A stretch of DNA of 63,029 nucleotides, filler included, from Octopus bimaculoides (Eukaryota), in assembly GCF_001194135.2 (NCBI RefSeq). It is 6 parts of 5 records of this genome, joined end to end, with 100 filler letters (N's around TTAATTAATTAA, not from the genome) between each part and the next. Parts side by side here need not be neighbours in the genome. Positions count along the whole stretch, not along the records: positions 36,420 to 53,075 come from NC_068984.1; positions 53,176 to 58,717 come from NC_068992.1; positions 58,818 to 60,572 come from NC_069000.1; positions 60,673 to 63,029 come from NW_026402404.1; 2 more parts are not named here. The stretch is one strand, 5' to 3'. Shown in pieces: positions 50,640-63,029 of the stretch. The notes below the pieces were generated by a model. That model was not told where the DNA came from, ran no database searches, and saw only the letters and a list, made by a program, of their open reading frames with translations. Both the position numbers and the translations under genes were made by a program. Numbering within the stretch: position 1 is the first letter of the stretch; the number at the start of each line of letters is the position of its first letter.

Positions 50640-50770
50640 TGACCTGCTAGAAATAGCACCCAAAAATCTCTCTTAAATTATACTCTGTCATTTTAAAAGA
50701 AGGACACATTCTATAATGTAGTCCTAGATAGAATATCTCTGAAAAATGATGAGATACACTCAGCTAAAAT
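50640..50770 (+). repeat. Unclassified dispersed repeat family (CTAGAAATAGCA.CCAAA...GGACACATT...ATAATGTAGTCCTAGA)
   Basis: Related pieces lie at about 9730-9812, 12390-12510, 15525-15575 and 33420-33610. Confidence 0.5.
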
Positions 50771-50824
50771 GCTCTTTGATTCTTCTTGGAGATCAAAGGT
50801 TTCTTTGCCGGTGCCTGAGCAAGC

Positions 50825-51280
50825 AGCCCAGAACCTCATAACTTCCGAGAAACTGTTTTGCGCGATACATTGACATCGAAAGTGGAGCTAAACTCGCGAG
50901 ATATCTCAGCAGCACTCTTAAACCTAGCCTTCAGTGACATTCTAGCCACAATACAATCTTGTCTTGGTGAAGTTTTACCAGTTTTGGGTTTAACATCTGT
51001 CGATCCTGATGATTTGAAACGTTGCACAACACTTCTAGACCTTCCTACAGTAGTTGCTATCACAAAATTTCACTTACTCTCTTGGTGAAGGCTCACAGTC
51101 CTTTGTTTTTCATCACAGGACACCAGACGTCTCTCACAAGCCGCCATGTTGACAGTTGAATGCTACAATAATGTAAGATCATAAGACGTAATTGTTATCC
51201 CATTAACAGTCTTCTGAACAACAAATACCTCGGTTAGTAGTTCATTTTTTCTAAGTGACCCTTAACTTTTGGCGCTGCAA
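50825..51280 (-). mobile_element. Tc1-like transposon 5' fragment (HTH region)
   Basis: IATTVGRSRSVVQRFKSSGSTDVKPKTG...RQD...ARMSLKARFKSAAEI...VNVSRKTVSRKL, with a TIR-like CAGCGCCAAAAGTTAAGGGTCACTT upstream. Confidence 0.85.
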
Positions 51281-51489
51281 TTTGGAAGATTGTTTGTTTA
51301 TTTCCTCATAACTTACGAAATATCTATTCTGCTCACTTGAAATTTTGACGAAAGATAGATATTAGATATATCTAAATATGTATAAAATATCTAGTCTCAA
51401 CGTGTTGTTAATGTTCTATAATAATTTCAATACACTTGTTCTTACTGACCCTTATACTATGGTCACTACTATATATGTGTGTGTGTATG

Positions 51490-51640
51490 TGTGTGTATTA
51501 ATAATGGTTTCAAATTTTGCCACAAGGGCAGCAATTTTTGGGGAAGGGATGAGTCGATTACATCGACTCCAGTGTTCAACAGCTTCTTATTTTGTCGACA
51601 CCGGAAGGATGAAAAGTAAAGTCGTCCTCGGTGGAATATA
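51490..51640 (-). mobile_element. SINE family B, 3' part
   Basis: TGGTTTCAAATTTTGCCACAAGG...GATTACATCGACTCCAG...GTCGTCCTCGGTGGAAT. Confidence 0.75.
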
Positions 51641-52099
51641 TATATGTATATATATATATATATATACATCAAAGAGCTCCTGTTTCGCCCACTTTAATGA
51701 GTGCTTATCTTTTACTTCTAACCACTTATTTTCTGGAGTTATTTAAATCCTAATGTCACAGAGAATTTGAGATGTGAAAAACTATGTTAAATGATAAATA
51801 AAAGATTAAAACAGGGAATGATTTCTCTACAGTTTGAGATTAAGTACAAATTAAATATCGAATATTCTGTGACAGATGAGACTTTATGAGTAACAATATG
51901 AGTGGACTAACACAACAGTGTGAATTACAACAGATTGGGTTTTCGATGATTCAGCTGGCAGGTTTTGACCACATTTCATGATGATTAAAAGGGAGTGAGA
52001 AAGTGGGTGAGATAGACAGATAGATAGAAAGAGAGAGAGGGCGGAGTGGGAAGGATGAAATGAAAAAATAAAGGATTTTGATTCTTATTTCAATCTTAA

Positions 52100-52240
52100 T
52101 AAATAAGTACCAGTGCTTAGTTTTCGACCTCGGAAAGATGAAAGGCAAAGTCGACCCTGTCAGTATTTGAATTCACAACGTAGAGACGGACGAAGTGCTG
52201 CTAAGCATTTCGACCGGTGCGGTAACGATTCTGCCAGATT
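52100..52240 (-). mobile_element. SINE family B fragment
   Basis: GGAAAGATGAAAGGCAAAGTCGACC...ATTTGAATTCACAACGTA...CTAAGCATTTCG. Confidence 0.7.
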
Positions 52241-52943
52241 GACGATGTATTATAGATTACACAGCAAAGTCAGAGTTAAACAGTTTTGTTCAGATAGATA
52301 TACTTTTGAGTTCCTGATCTCTGGAGATTTCCAAGAAAGGAGTAAAGCAGTGTTCCGGATTAGATTGGTGCATATTAGGACACATTCAAGGATCGCATGA
52401 AATATATCACGTGATTATGATTTTAAAAATAAGTATCAGTCATTATACTTCCGTTTCTGATTCACCCTCTCTTAGTTAACGAATGCCATGGTAGCTAAAA
52501 CATTCAGATAAAGTTATGTTAATGACAACAGTAATGCTAATTAGGGTAATTATGTTAATTACACAAATTGCTATTGCGTCCTGACATCCGATAAGCTCTT
52601 CCTATGGCTCATTGTCGACAATCGGAATTCTCGATAAAACTGAATTAATTAGCAGAAAGGATGACAAAAACGTCATCTACTACTACTATGCCAACAAGAA
52701 CAACAAATACAACAACAATGACAACAATAATGAAGAAAGTGGCAGCAGCAGTAGCAGCAGCAGTAGCAGCAGTGACACTAACAGGGACAACGACAACAAC
52801 AACCACAACCAAATCGGTGGGAAGGACAATTAAAAAACAACGCTTTGAGTTGGTAATCATAGACAACCTTCACTTGGCTTTCATTATCATTCGCATGACT
52901 ACCAAAGCCATCACCAAAAAGCACCACCACCACCACCACCACG

Positions 52944-52975
<32 letters not shown>

Positions 52976-53929
52976 AATCATCATCATCATCATCATCATT
53001 ATCATCATCATCATTACCACCATCATTACCACCAAAACCGCCACCATCACCACCACCTCTACCACCACCACCACCNNNNNNNNNNNNNNNNNNNNNNNNN
53101 NNNNNNNNNNNNNNNNNNNTTAATTAATTAANNNNNNNNNNNNNNNNNNNNNNNNNNNNNNNNNNNNNNNNNNNNAGAAGAAGAAGAAGAAGAAGAAGAA
53201 GAAGAAGAAGAAGAAGAGGAATAACAAGAACAAGAACAAGAACAAGAACAAGAACAAGAAGAAGAAGAAGAAGAGGAAGAGGAAGAAGAAGAGGAAGAAG
53301 TTCTTTCTCCGTTGCTAGTGTAATGGCGGTTAGTAAAACACGACCCACACAAATTTGTAAAGACAATTTGACTCATAAGTGTGTATATGAATGCATGTGC
53401 TGTGTGTAAGTTTGTAAGAGAGTGGATGTAGGTGTATAATTTTCTATTAAGACATAACAATTTGTCCAGTCGATCAGTATAATAGCAGTGATTTAGAAAG
53501 CAATAACTCTTGCCTTAGCATTGTCCTATATCAATTTGTGATGTGTTGCCGGATACGAAAAGCGAAAGGGTGTCGAACGAATAAAGCTAAAAATATTGCT
53601 ACGATGTCATTAACTTTCTGCTATTGTTTATCATTTTAGCTAACTGATGATGTGCTTAAAGTGTGTTACACTGCCGTCGCTCTCAATATGCGCCGTGTGT
53701 TGAATAATAACAGCCCATTGCCCATAGCATAGAAATATGAGAGAAATGATAGATCTTATTGACAGATCTTCCACTCCGGTAGCTTGCGTTTGAGCGGAAG
53801 TTTCAACTCTTGAGCGCTGTTGGTGAAACAACCAATCTCATGGAAATATTAGAGCCGATCACAGCAAATCAGTAAAGCGCTCGTCAACAGATGAGGCAAA
53901 GTGATAGAGTCTTTAGAACGATAATTCTC

Positions 53930-54135
53930 TTCTGCCTTTATCTTTTACCTACTTCAGTCACTGGACTGTGGTCATGCTGGAGCACCGCCTTGAAGGGTTT
54001 AGTCAAACGAATCGACCCAAGAACTTATTTCTTTCAGTCTGCTGCTTATTCCAGCAGTCTCTTTTTTGTCGAATCGCCAGGTTACGGGGACATAAACAAA
54101 AAGACACAGGTGGTCAAGCGGTGGGAAGGTTAAGC
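53930..54135 (-). mobile_element. SINE family A, 3' part
   Basis: TTCAGTCACTGGACTGTGGTCATGCTGGAGCACCGCC...GTTACGGGGACATAAAC. Confidence 0.75.
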
Positions 54136-54199
54136 GCACACACAGATATGTACATATACACACACACACATACGTTAGATCTATTCTTTGATGTACCGG

Positions 54200-54372
54200 T
54201 TCCCATGTCGGAATAGGAGACATTGAAATGTATACATGGTCCCAACACAGAACTAGAGCAACGTGAAATGGAGTGCTTTGCTCAAGAACACAACACGGCT
54301 TTCGATCAAGGAATCGAACCCACGACCTGACGATTCGGAAATTTAACACCCTATTCACTAGCCCCTGCGCCT
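54200..54372 (-). mobile_element. SINE family C, 5' part
   Basis: GAGCAACGTGAAATGGAGTGCTTTGCTCAAGAACACAAC...GGAATCGAACCCACGACC. Confidence 0.75.
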
Positions 54373-55039
54373 GTCTGTAAGAGAAGGAAAAATTATAGAC
54401 TGTTTAACTTCCTACTGCAATGAACCAAATTTATTTCGTTCCTTCCCTCTCGTCTACTCCTTCGCTCCTCTCCTCTGTTTTCCTATTTACCCCTACCTCT
54501 ATTTATCTATGGCCCCGTCTTTTTTCCTCTCTGTAGAGAACTCATGGCTACTTTATCCAACTTGCCTTTTTCAAAGATGATAAGGTATAATTGGTATAAT
54601 ATCCTTGAGATTATCACCCACTTCTCATAAAGAGTTGACTGCAATTATCGCTAGGTGCTTGTTTACACTCCCTCAAAGAGAAAATAGTTTTGTAATATGT
54701 AATTGTTCTTGGAATCATACCTATCTAAAACAAGACTCAGTCGTATTTTAAGTAGACATGACTCCATTACAAAAATGAGTAAGAACACCATACCAATGTA
54801 ATTCTAAAGTCCCCCCTTTTTTCTTTCTTTATTTATTTTTTCTTATTGTGCTACTGATGAGTACTCTTTGACAACTCAGATTCTTAAAATTAATTTATTG
54901 TTTTTCTGTACGAAACGATCGTATAGCGAAATGAATAAAAATATTTTATTCCACATTAACATCTAATCTCCATTTGCGAAAAATATGATTGAATTTGTCG
55001 AACTTCGTTCTATAACTTAAATTATATACTTAATATACT

Positions 55040-55158
<119 letters not shown>

Positions 55159-55173
55159 ATGTAATGTAATGTA

Positions 55174-56031
55174 TGGCAATAAAGTCACTATACAGTTACT
55201 TATAAATAGAAGATCGCTTCAGATAATGCTGAAAGAATTAAACTACGAGCCTTACATACCACGACTCATTCATGGATTAATTGAAGATTGTCGTTTACGG
55301 TTCTACGAAATATTCGGTAATCATTGTGAAGTTACGCCTACTCTACTCGATAAGATAGAGTGGTCTGGCGAAACACAGTTCAAGCTATCTGGAAGTGTAA
55401 ACAGACACAATTGCACTGACTCGGCTTCAGAGAATCCTCATCTAGCCATTCAAAATCAATTGAACCAGCCAGGTGTAACCGTTTGGGCTGGCGTATCAAG
55501 TTCTGGAATCATCGGTATGGATTTCTTTGACGAAACAGTTACTGGAACTAACTGCTTAGAAACATTACAAACCGCTGTAGTTCCTGATTTACAGCAAGAA
55601 CATGATTTCCATGAGCTTTACTTTCAACAGGATGGGGCACTGCCATATCTTGCACTCAAAGTAAGAAATTATCTTGATGCAACGTTCCCAGGAAGATGGC
55701 TATGAAATTATCAAAGATTCTGTTTTTGCAAAGAAACCGAGAAATATCGATGACCTCAAGCAATTTATTCGAGTCGCATTCGAAGACTTAAGCCGTCAGA
55801 ACCATTTGTGTCGTGACATTTGTCGAAGCGTTCTCTCATGTTGTAGGGAATACACCGAAGGAGGTGGCTTGCAGTATCGGGAATCCATTTACTATAGTTT
55901 TTTTATATAGTATTCTATTGTTATTAACCAGAATTAACCAAAACCATTTTAATAATAAATTTCTGGACTGTTGATTAATTGGTTTGTCTTAATTGTTACT
56001 GTAACTGTGTAGTGACTTTATTGCCACCCTG
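55174..56031 (+). mobile_element. Internally deleted Tc1/mariner (Tc3/maT-like) element with both TIRs
   Basis: Left TIR TGGCAATAAAGTCACTATACAGTTAC (55174-55199). Right TIR GTAACTGTGTAGTGACTTTATTGCCACCCTG|TA (56001-56031). Remnant WSGETQFKLSGSVNRHNC...VWAGVSS...YFQQDGALPY...FPGRW. Confidence 0.9.
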
Positions 56032-56034
56032 TAC

Positions 56035-56065
<31 letters not shown>

Positions 56066-56092
56066 TGCATGTGTATATATATGTATGTATGT

Positions 56093-56153
<61 letters not shown>

Positions 56154-56465
56154 NNNNNNNNNNNNNNNNNNNNNNNNNNNNNNNNNNNNNNNNNNNNNNN
56201 NNNNNNNNNNNNNNNNNNNNNNNNNNNNNNNNNNNNNNNNNNNNNNNNNNNNNNNNNNNNNNNNNNNNNNNNNNNNNNNNNNNNNNNNNNNNNNNNNNNN
56301 NNNNNNNNNNNNNNNNNNNNNNNNNNNNNNNNNNNNNNNNNNNNNNNNNNNNNNNNNNNNNNNNNNNNNNNNNNNNNNNNNNNNNNNNNNNNNNNNNNNN
56401 NNNNNNNNNNNNNNNNNNNNNNNNNNNNNNNNNNNNNNNNATATTTATATTTATATATGCATACA

Positions 56466-56501
<36 letters not shown>

Positions 56502-56702
56502 TTTACATATATATGTGTATGTGTGTATGTATCATATTCATTCTTGTATCCATGTATATATACGATATATCATATTCATGCATAAACATATATATGTATT
56601 TACTCATAAACGAAATGACTATAATTCATAAATATAAATATTATGATGACATATTTATTCAATTTAATCAATTTTCTGAGCAGCTGCATCTTATCTAAAG
56701 CA

Positions 56703-56796
<94 letters not shown>

Positions 56797-57089
56797 TTGT
56801 GGGGGGGTGCGTGTGTGTGTGTGTGTGAACCAAATTAGAGTAGTTCGTACTGTATATTTATATTTTCAATTATTCTGAAGAGATACATTTATCACATACA
56901 CACATACGCACACAAATATAAATAAATATGTGTATATATACATATGTGTGAGTGTGTGTGTGTGTGCATATGCGCATATATAGATTCATACATATACATA
57001 TATATATATATATATATTTATACATATATATATAAATGTGTGTGTGTGTGTGCGTGTGTGTGTGTGTAAAAATAAATGCGCCCTTTTAA

Positions 57090-57322
57090 AGCCTAGCCAG
57101 GCACATGGACACGGTTTCTCGGTTTCAATGGCGTATGTGTTTTCCATCTGGACGGGACGCAGGTCCATCGCTGCGTTACTCATTTTTCCAGCTGAGTGGA
57201 CTGGAGCAACGTGAAATAAAATGTTTTACTCATGAAGACAGCACGTCGCCCGGTCTAGGAATCGAAACCACAATCTTACGATCATGATGCTGACAACCTA
57301 ACCACTAAGCCACGCCCCTTCC
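57090..57322 (-). mobile_element. SINE family C, 5' part
   Basis: CAGCTGAGTGGACTGGAGCAACGTGAAATAAA...GGAATCGAAACCAC...ACCACTAAGCCACGCCCCTT. Confidence 0.8.
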
Positions 57323-58401
57323 ATATATATATAAATATATATANNNNNNNNNNNNNNNNNNNNNNNNNNNNNNNNNNNNNNNNNNNNNNNNNNNNNNNNN
57401 NNNNNNNNNNNNNNNNNNNNNNNNNNNNNNNNNNNNNNNNNNNNNNNNNNNNNNNNNNNNNNNNNNNNNNNNNNNNNNNNNNNNNNNNNNNNNNNNNNNN
57501 NNNNNNNNNNNNNNNNNNNNNNNNNNNNNNNNNNNNNNNNNNNNNNNNNNNNNNNNNNNNNNNNNNNNNNNNNNNNNNNNNNNNNNNNNNNNNNNNNNNN
57601 NNNNNNNNNNNNNNNNNNNNNNNNNNNNNNNNNNNNNNNNNNNNNNNNNNNNNNNNNNNNNNNNNNNNNNNNNNNNNNNNNNNNNNNNNNNNNNNNNNNN
57701 NNNNNNNNNNNNNNNNNNNNNNNNNNNNNNNNNNNNNNNNNNNNNNNNNNNNNNNNNNNNNNNNNNNNNNNNNNNNNNNNNNNNNNNNNNNNNNNNNNNN
57801 NNNNNNNNNNNNNNNNNNNNNNNNNNNNNNNNNNNNNNNNNNNNNNNNNNNNNNNNNATTTCGTTTGCCTCAAGCTTCACGGCTTCATAGATGTAAAGAC
57901 AAATAGATTTGTATTAGAAGCAGCTGGTCAGAAGATTGAAGCCGACGGGTATCAGCTGTGAATGAAACGAATTTTTTTTCCCATTTCTCTTGCTCTTGCA
58001 AAAATATAAATATTTTGAATGAATGTGCTGACATGTGCAGATGCACACTCGCATGTATGCGTGCTTGTTTGTCTGTTTGTGATTGTGTGTGTGTGCGTGC
58101 GTTCGTGCGTGCGTGCGTTCGTGCGTGTGTGTGTGTAGATAGATAGATAGATAGATAGATAGATTGATAGATAGATAGATTGATAGATAGATATAAGAGC
58201 CATGAGTCTCGTGCTTGTTACGAAGCTCTTAACCCTTAAGTCACTTATGTAACTTTCTCCAAATGATAAAAAAATTATAAAGATAATAATATATATATAT
58301 TTATATTTACATACATACATTATAAATATATATACATTATATATATACATATATGTATGCGTATGTATGTACGTATGTATGTATGTATATATGTATGTAT
58401 G

Positions 58402-58433
<32 letters not shown>

Positions 58434-58670
58434 CATGTATGTGTGTGTATGAATGCATGTAGTCCACAGATGAGATCCAGAGATTCTCGTATAGACTTAG
58501 TAGTGCTCAGAAGATTCAAACTTAGACTCCGATGTGTTTACAGGTGATCGATTCCACAAGGTAAAGAAAGGCTATGAGAAGTATCAAGTTGAGCAGGTAT
58601 AGAGGCAATTATGCAGATAAACAAAGACACATTAAATATATTTAAATATATCAAATATAAAAGTTTGGGT

Positions 58671-58717
<47 letters not shown>

Positions 58718-58903
58718 NNNNNNNNNNNNNNNNNNNNNNNNNNNNNNNNNNNNNNNNNNNNTTAATTAATTAANNNNNNNNNNNNNNNNNNNNNNNNNNN
58801 NNNNNNNNNNNNNNNNNACTAGGCCTAAAACAGTGATCCCTATAAAGGGACAAAGAAAAAAATAATTACAATGAATAACAAAACACAAAAAATATTTACT
58901 TAC

Positions 58904-59203
58904 TGATGGCCGTGTCACCTTCCTCGTATCGTACCTGGCCAATTGCTGAACAAGTGATGCGCACAACCTCTGATATATTGCACGGAAAGAATGAAGATAC
59001 TTCACTATAGCACTTGCCAGAATCAGGAACAGTTACTTTTGTTTCTGTAGTCTTTGTCTCATAATTAGCATTCAACAATTCCCATTTAAAAGTAACCTGA
59101 CTTCCGGGAGCTAACACAGCAATTGCCCGACACAAGTACCCTTCATTGTTGCCCCATTTACTGGAACCGCTAACATATTCCAAACTTTTTTAAGAAGACT
59201 TCG
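58904..59203 (-). pseudogene. Ig-like domain exon (300 nt, phase 1/1) containing an in-frame TAA at 59190-59192
   Basis: Acceptor ttttcttttcAG|CG and donor CATCA|GTAAGT. Translation KSS*KSLEYV...GYLCRAIAVLAPGSQVTFKWE...KCYSEVSS...RITCSA shows Ig-type C, W and C placement. Confidence 0.65.
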
Positions 59204-59762
59204 CTGAAAAGAAAATAAATGTTAGAATAATAATTTCACAATAGCTTATAGCATGGATGTACTGATACAAACTATAGAGTTGATACAAGACTAAAATATT
59301 GAACAGCATTCAAGATGTCTGCGTTGCTGCTGAAATATTTACGGCTGTCGTTTCCAAACGTTCAACTGTCACATATTATGGCTAAAACAATGCTAGAGTG
59401 GGGAGGAAACCATTGTATATGCCAATAATATCTACATAAACAGGTAAGTATTTATATATACGTACACACATGCATACACGCATATGCACATATATGCATA
59501 CATGCATGCATGCATCGATACATACATACATGCATACATATTTGTTGTTCCAGCATGGACACATTCGTAGGGATGAAACATGTGGGAGAATACAAATGAA
59601 TAGACAGATAGACAGGTATATACTTACACATGTATAAATATACACAGACGTAGGAAAATATACATAGATTGATATACACTGCATTGAAATAGGTTTTACA
59701 CACCCTTGACGAATATATCATAGCACAAACATACGCATGTATACACTATGTATGTTTGAGTG

Positions 59763-59815
<53 letters not shown>

Positions 59816-59868
59816 NNNNNNNNNNNNNNNNNNNNNNNNNNNNNNNNNNNNNNNNNNNNNNNNNNNNN

Positions 59869-59939
<71 letters not shown>

Positions 59940-60039
59940 TTCTTCTAACAGGCTCTGCGCCCAAAATTTTAAGAGGTTTTAATTTATAAAAGTAGTAATG
60001 TTGAAAAGTGAAAATTAATGGCCTTGATAGTGAACTGAC

Positions 60040-60363
60040 CTGGTATAGTCTTTGGACTGGAATCATATGTGTTATTTACAGAACATATGTATGATGTTGC
60101 ATCGTCGCACGTAAGGTTCATTTTCGTGCACGAAAACTCGAAGAAATTCGCTTGTTTATATGCATAACATTGGAAATTATTGGTGTCCTTTATGGCTTTA
60201 AAATAGTTGGATATTTTGTCGTATTCCATATGCACGATTTTAGTGCCATTTCGTATGAGGACGAACGAATCTGGATTGCTCAAATTGGATCGACAGCTTA
60301 TGTTTATTGCCTCGTGTTCTTCAAAAGTGAAACCTTCTCTAGGTAAAATTTCCATTTCAATAG
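60040..60363 (-). CDS. Ig-like domain exon (324 nt, phase 1/1) of an immunoglobulin-superfamily gene
   Basis: Acceptor tttttttcccgtatAG|CT and donor CCAG|GTCAGT. Open frame IEMEILPREGFTFEEHEAINISC...FVLIRNG...LTCDDATSYICSV contains the D-x3-Y-x-C F-strand motif. Confidence 0.78.
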
Positions 60364-60673
60364 CTATACGGGAAAAAAATGAGCGGGTGAGAAATTAATC
60401 AGGTGTACATTGTAATTAAAGGCAACATGTAGAAGAAGAAGAAGAAGAAGAAGAAGAAGAAGAAGAAGAAGAAGAAGAATGTAGATATGTGTATGTGAAG
60501 TTATATGTACACACACTTCCACGCGCGCACATGCCTGCTTGCGTGTATGTATAATATATATATATATATATANNNNNNNNNNNNNNNNNNNNNNNNNNNN
60601 NNNNNNNNNNNNNNNNTTAATTAATTAANNNNNNNNNNNNNNNNNNNNNNNNNNNNNNNNNNNNNNNNNNNNA

Positions 60674-62190
60674 TGTGATTTGTGTCTATTAGAGAAATGT
60701 CGGCATGGGAAAGACGGCAAAAACTGCCGGTTTGCCCACCCGACACCCCGCCAAAACTACAGGGACCTTAAGGAGAAAAACTTCCCAGAGGAAAGACAAC
60801 GAATGTCTCCAAGGAAAACTTTACAAAAGAAGTGCGCTCTTCAGAGGTTATGCGCAACGCAGCAGCTGAACAAGAGTCTTTTTTGTACATGGTGTAAAAG
60901 ATTGTGCAGCAGCTGACCTGGCTACACCAAGCACAAACAAGGAACCTTGCCCACCACTGCGCAAGATCACCACAGTCAACAAACACGGGATGGCCTCCTC
61001 TAACGCCTGCACAGTCGTCACGCCAATATTTTTACTAAATATTAGAGGCCTGTTGCATCATAATAAAAGCAAAATTTCTTTCCTGAGAGACCTTGCTGCA
61101 TGTAATCAAGCCCTATGCATAGCACTCACGGAAACTCACCTCAGCCCTGATATAGAGGATGCAGAAGTACACATACCAAAATATGCCATACTGCGAACAG
61201 GCAGAAGGGAAAGGAGCCATGATGAAGTTGCTGTATACATCCATGACGACCTCACATCCCAGGTCTTACTGTCATACTCAAATTCGGTATGTGACACTCC
61301 AATTGTATACATAAGACAACACAATATAGTCATATGCAATACATATTGCCCACTGGATGCTCCAAACCACATATGCAAGTTTGAAGATTGCCTAACAAGA
61401 TTTAAGAAATCCTCATGAAACTGGAACACCACGTGACCATATGGGTGATTTCAACTTCCCCAACGTCAAATGACCCGAAGGTCTCATGCTCTCAGGAATG
61501 ATTCATTGCAAGCAAGCACAGGTGGAGTCACTGCTCAACCTCACCAATGCCCTATTCATGGAGCAAGCTGTATTCAGACCAACTAGGGCAAATAGCATTT
61601 TGGATCTCTGCTTCACGAACAATACGGACATCATTCATGATGTGAAAGTGACGCCGACACTAGTTTCGGATCACAACATAATAGAGCTATATATGCTTGG
61701 GCCGAAAGTAACCAGAAACATACAGCCTAAAGAAAGCACCCGAAATCTCTCCAATCTGAACTTCCACAATTTCCACTGGAAATCGATCCAAAAAGAGATC
61801 CTCAGACAGGACATTGACATGAAACTAAAACGTTTCATGTCTGTTCTGCAAGCCATATGCCAGAAATATGTCCCAGAGCACAAGGCCAAAAGAAATAGGA
61901 ACAAGATTCCAAGGGAGAGGAAGATCCTCATGAGATGACGGACGAAGGTTGCAAATCGACTCAACCAACATTCCAAAAGTAGCGAAAGGTCCCACCTAAA
62001 AACAACACTGATGGAGATTGAAAAAAGGTTGCAACAATCCTATGTGAGGGAGAGAGCAGACAAAGAAGCCTGGGTTATGAAAAACATAAAGTCAAACCCA
62101 AAGGCTTTCTTTCATTACGCGAAAGAAACAGCCTCATTACGCTGCAAGATAGGACCCTTTTTCCAAAAGGATGACTCCCTCACAGACGCC
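60674..62190 (+). mobile_element. Decayed LINE (CR1/L2/Jockey supergroup): CCCH-finger ORF1 end plus APE endonuclease of ORF2
   Basis: CDLCLLEKCRHGKDGKNCRFAHP; LLNIRGL...ALTETHL...GDFNFPNVK...PTRANSILDLCFTN...SDHNIIE. Several stops and frameshifts. Truncated before the RT core. Confidence 0.92.
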
Positions 62191-62853
62191 GAGAATTTCC
62201 TCGTCAATATCATTGTTGGTACCCACCAATAGATTTCTTTATATTACTAACATCGAACTTCCACTGACCACTTTGTTATATTATATGTATGATATGTATA
62301 TATATAACATAATAATAGACATATTTTCAGTGCTACATTAAAATTGCATTAAAATTTCAATGAAAAAAATCATCCTACCTTGAAAGAGGAAATGTTCAGC
62401 TGTCGATTTGTTGTGTATTTCTCTGATGTTGTGATATCATTGCTCTTTGTTCAGAAAATAAGAGAAATAAGAAATTGCAATAATTTATTTGAAATCTGTC
62501 TCAACTCAGATGTAATATATCTGAACCAATGAATCCAATAGATTTAGTCTTCCTAAATATATTTCTCAGACGATCCTTACATTCTACTACAACTATTATT
62601 ATTGGCCACTTAATACACACACACACACAACATTTATGTATGTATGCTTGTGGACGTCATTGGGTTTCCCAAGCTAATAAAATATATTTCAACAATAATA
62701 ACTTGAGAAACCAGTTCATAAATACTAGGTAGGTTGATAGATAAAGAGATAGATAGAAAGGCATAAGAGAATCAAAAACTTGTGAATTTAGCGATCATGC
62801 ATATATATATTTTATATATAAATATATGATATATATATATGATGTGTATATAT

Positions 62854-62940
<87 letters not shown>

Positions 62941-63029
62941 TATGATGCATATATATATATAAATATATGTATATATTTGATATACTTTATTTAAAAGCAG
63001 CAGAAATATAACAAAAGCTGTTACTCAGA

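Noticed and set aside
51005-51025. CTGATGA-TTT-GAAACGTT
   Set aside because: There is no stem II or stem I, and it lies within Tc1 coding sequence on the other strand, so it is probably coincidental.
56875-56900. CTGAAGA plus a perfect hairpin (GATA/TATC); similar cases on the minus strand at about 8435-8460 and 38205-38235
   Set aside because: The required GAAA does not follow the stem.
62381-62450. Possible upstream exon of the Ig gene (minus strand, CAAG|GTAGGA donor)
   Set aside because: The only open frame ends in phase 0, incompatible with the phase-1 Ig exon, and the acceptor is weak.

Overview
AT-rich, microsatellite-dense animal genomic DNA with many N gaps, which points to a short-read scaffold. 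The dominant tRNA-headed SINE families look to me like those of coleoid cephalopods, probably Octopus; this is recognition from memory, not a database result. Most of the window is intronic or intergenic: more than 25 SINE copies, decayed LINE fragments (RLE/R4-like, CR1/L2-like, L1/Tx1-like, RTE-like), Tc1/mariner and piggyBac-like DNA transposons or MITEs, and simple repeats. The only credible host coding sequence is two minus-strand, phase-1/phase-1 immunoglobulin-domain exons (60040-60363 and 58904-59203), and the second has an in-frame TAA. Main hidden signals: (1) a complete canonical type I hammerhead ribozyme fold on the minus strand at 24213-24262; (2) seven further minimal or degenerate hammerhead motifs in Penelope-like repeat tails, including an inverted pair inside one palindromic element; (3) a U2 snRNA 3' fragment that starts near the known target site of U2-specific retrotransposons, right after AATAAA; (4) a large foldback element with a nested SINE bounded by a target-site duplication. 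There is no prokaryotic content, CRISPR array, rRNA or intact tRNA. Most ORF-track entries are microsatellite or gap artefacts. Boundaries of old repeats are approximate (about 10-30 bp).
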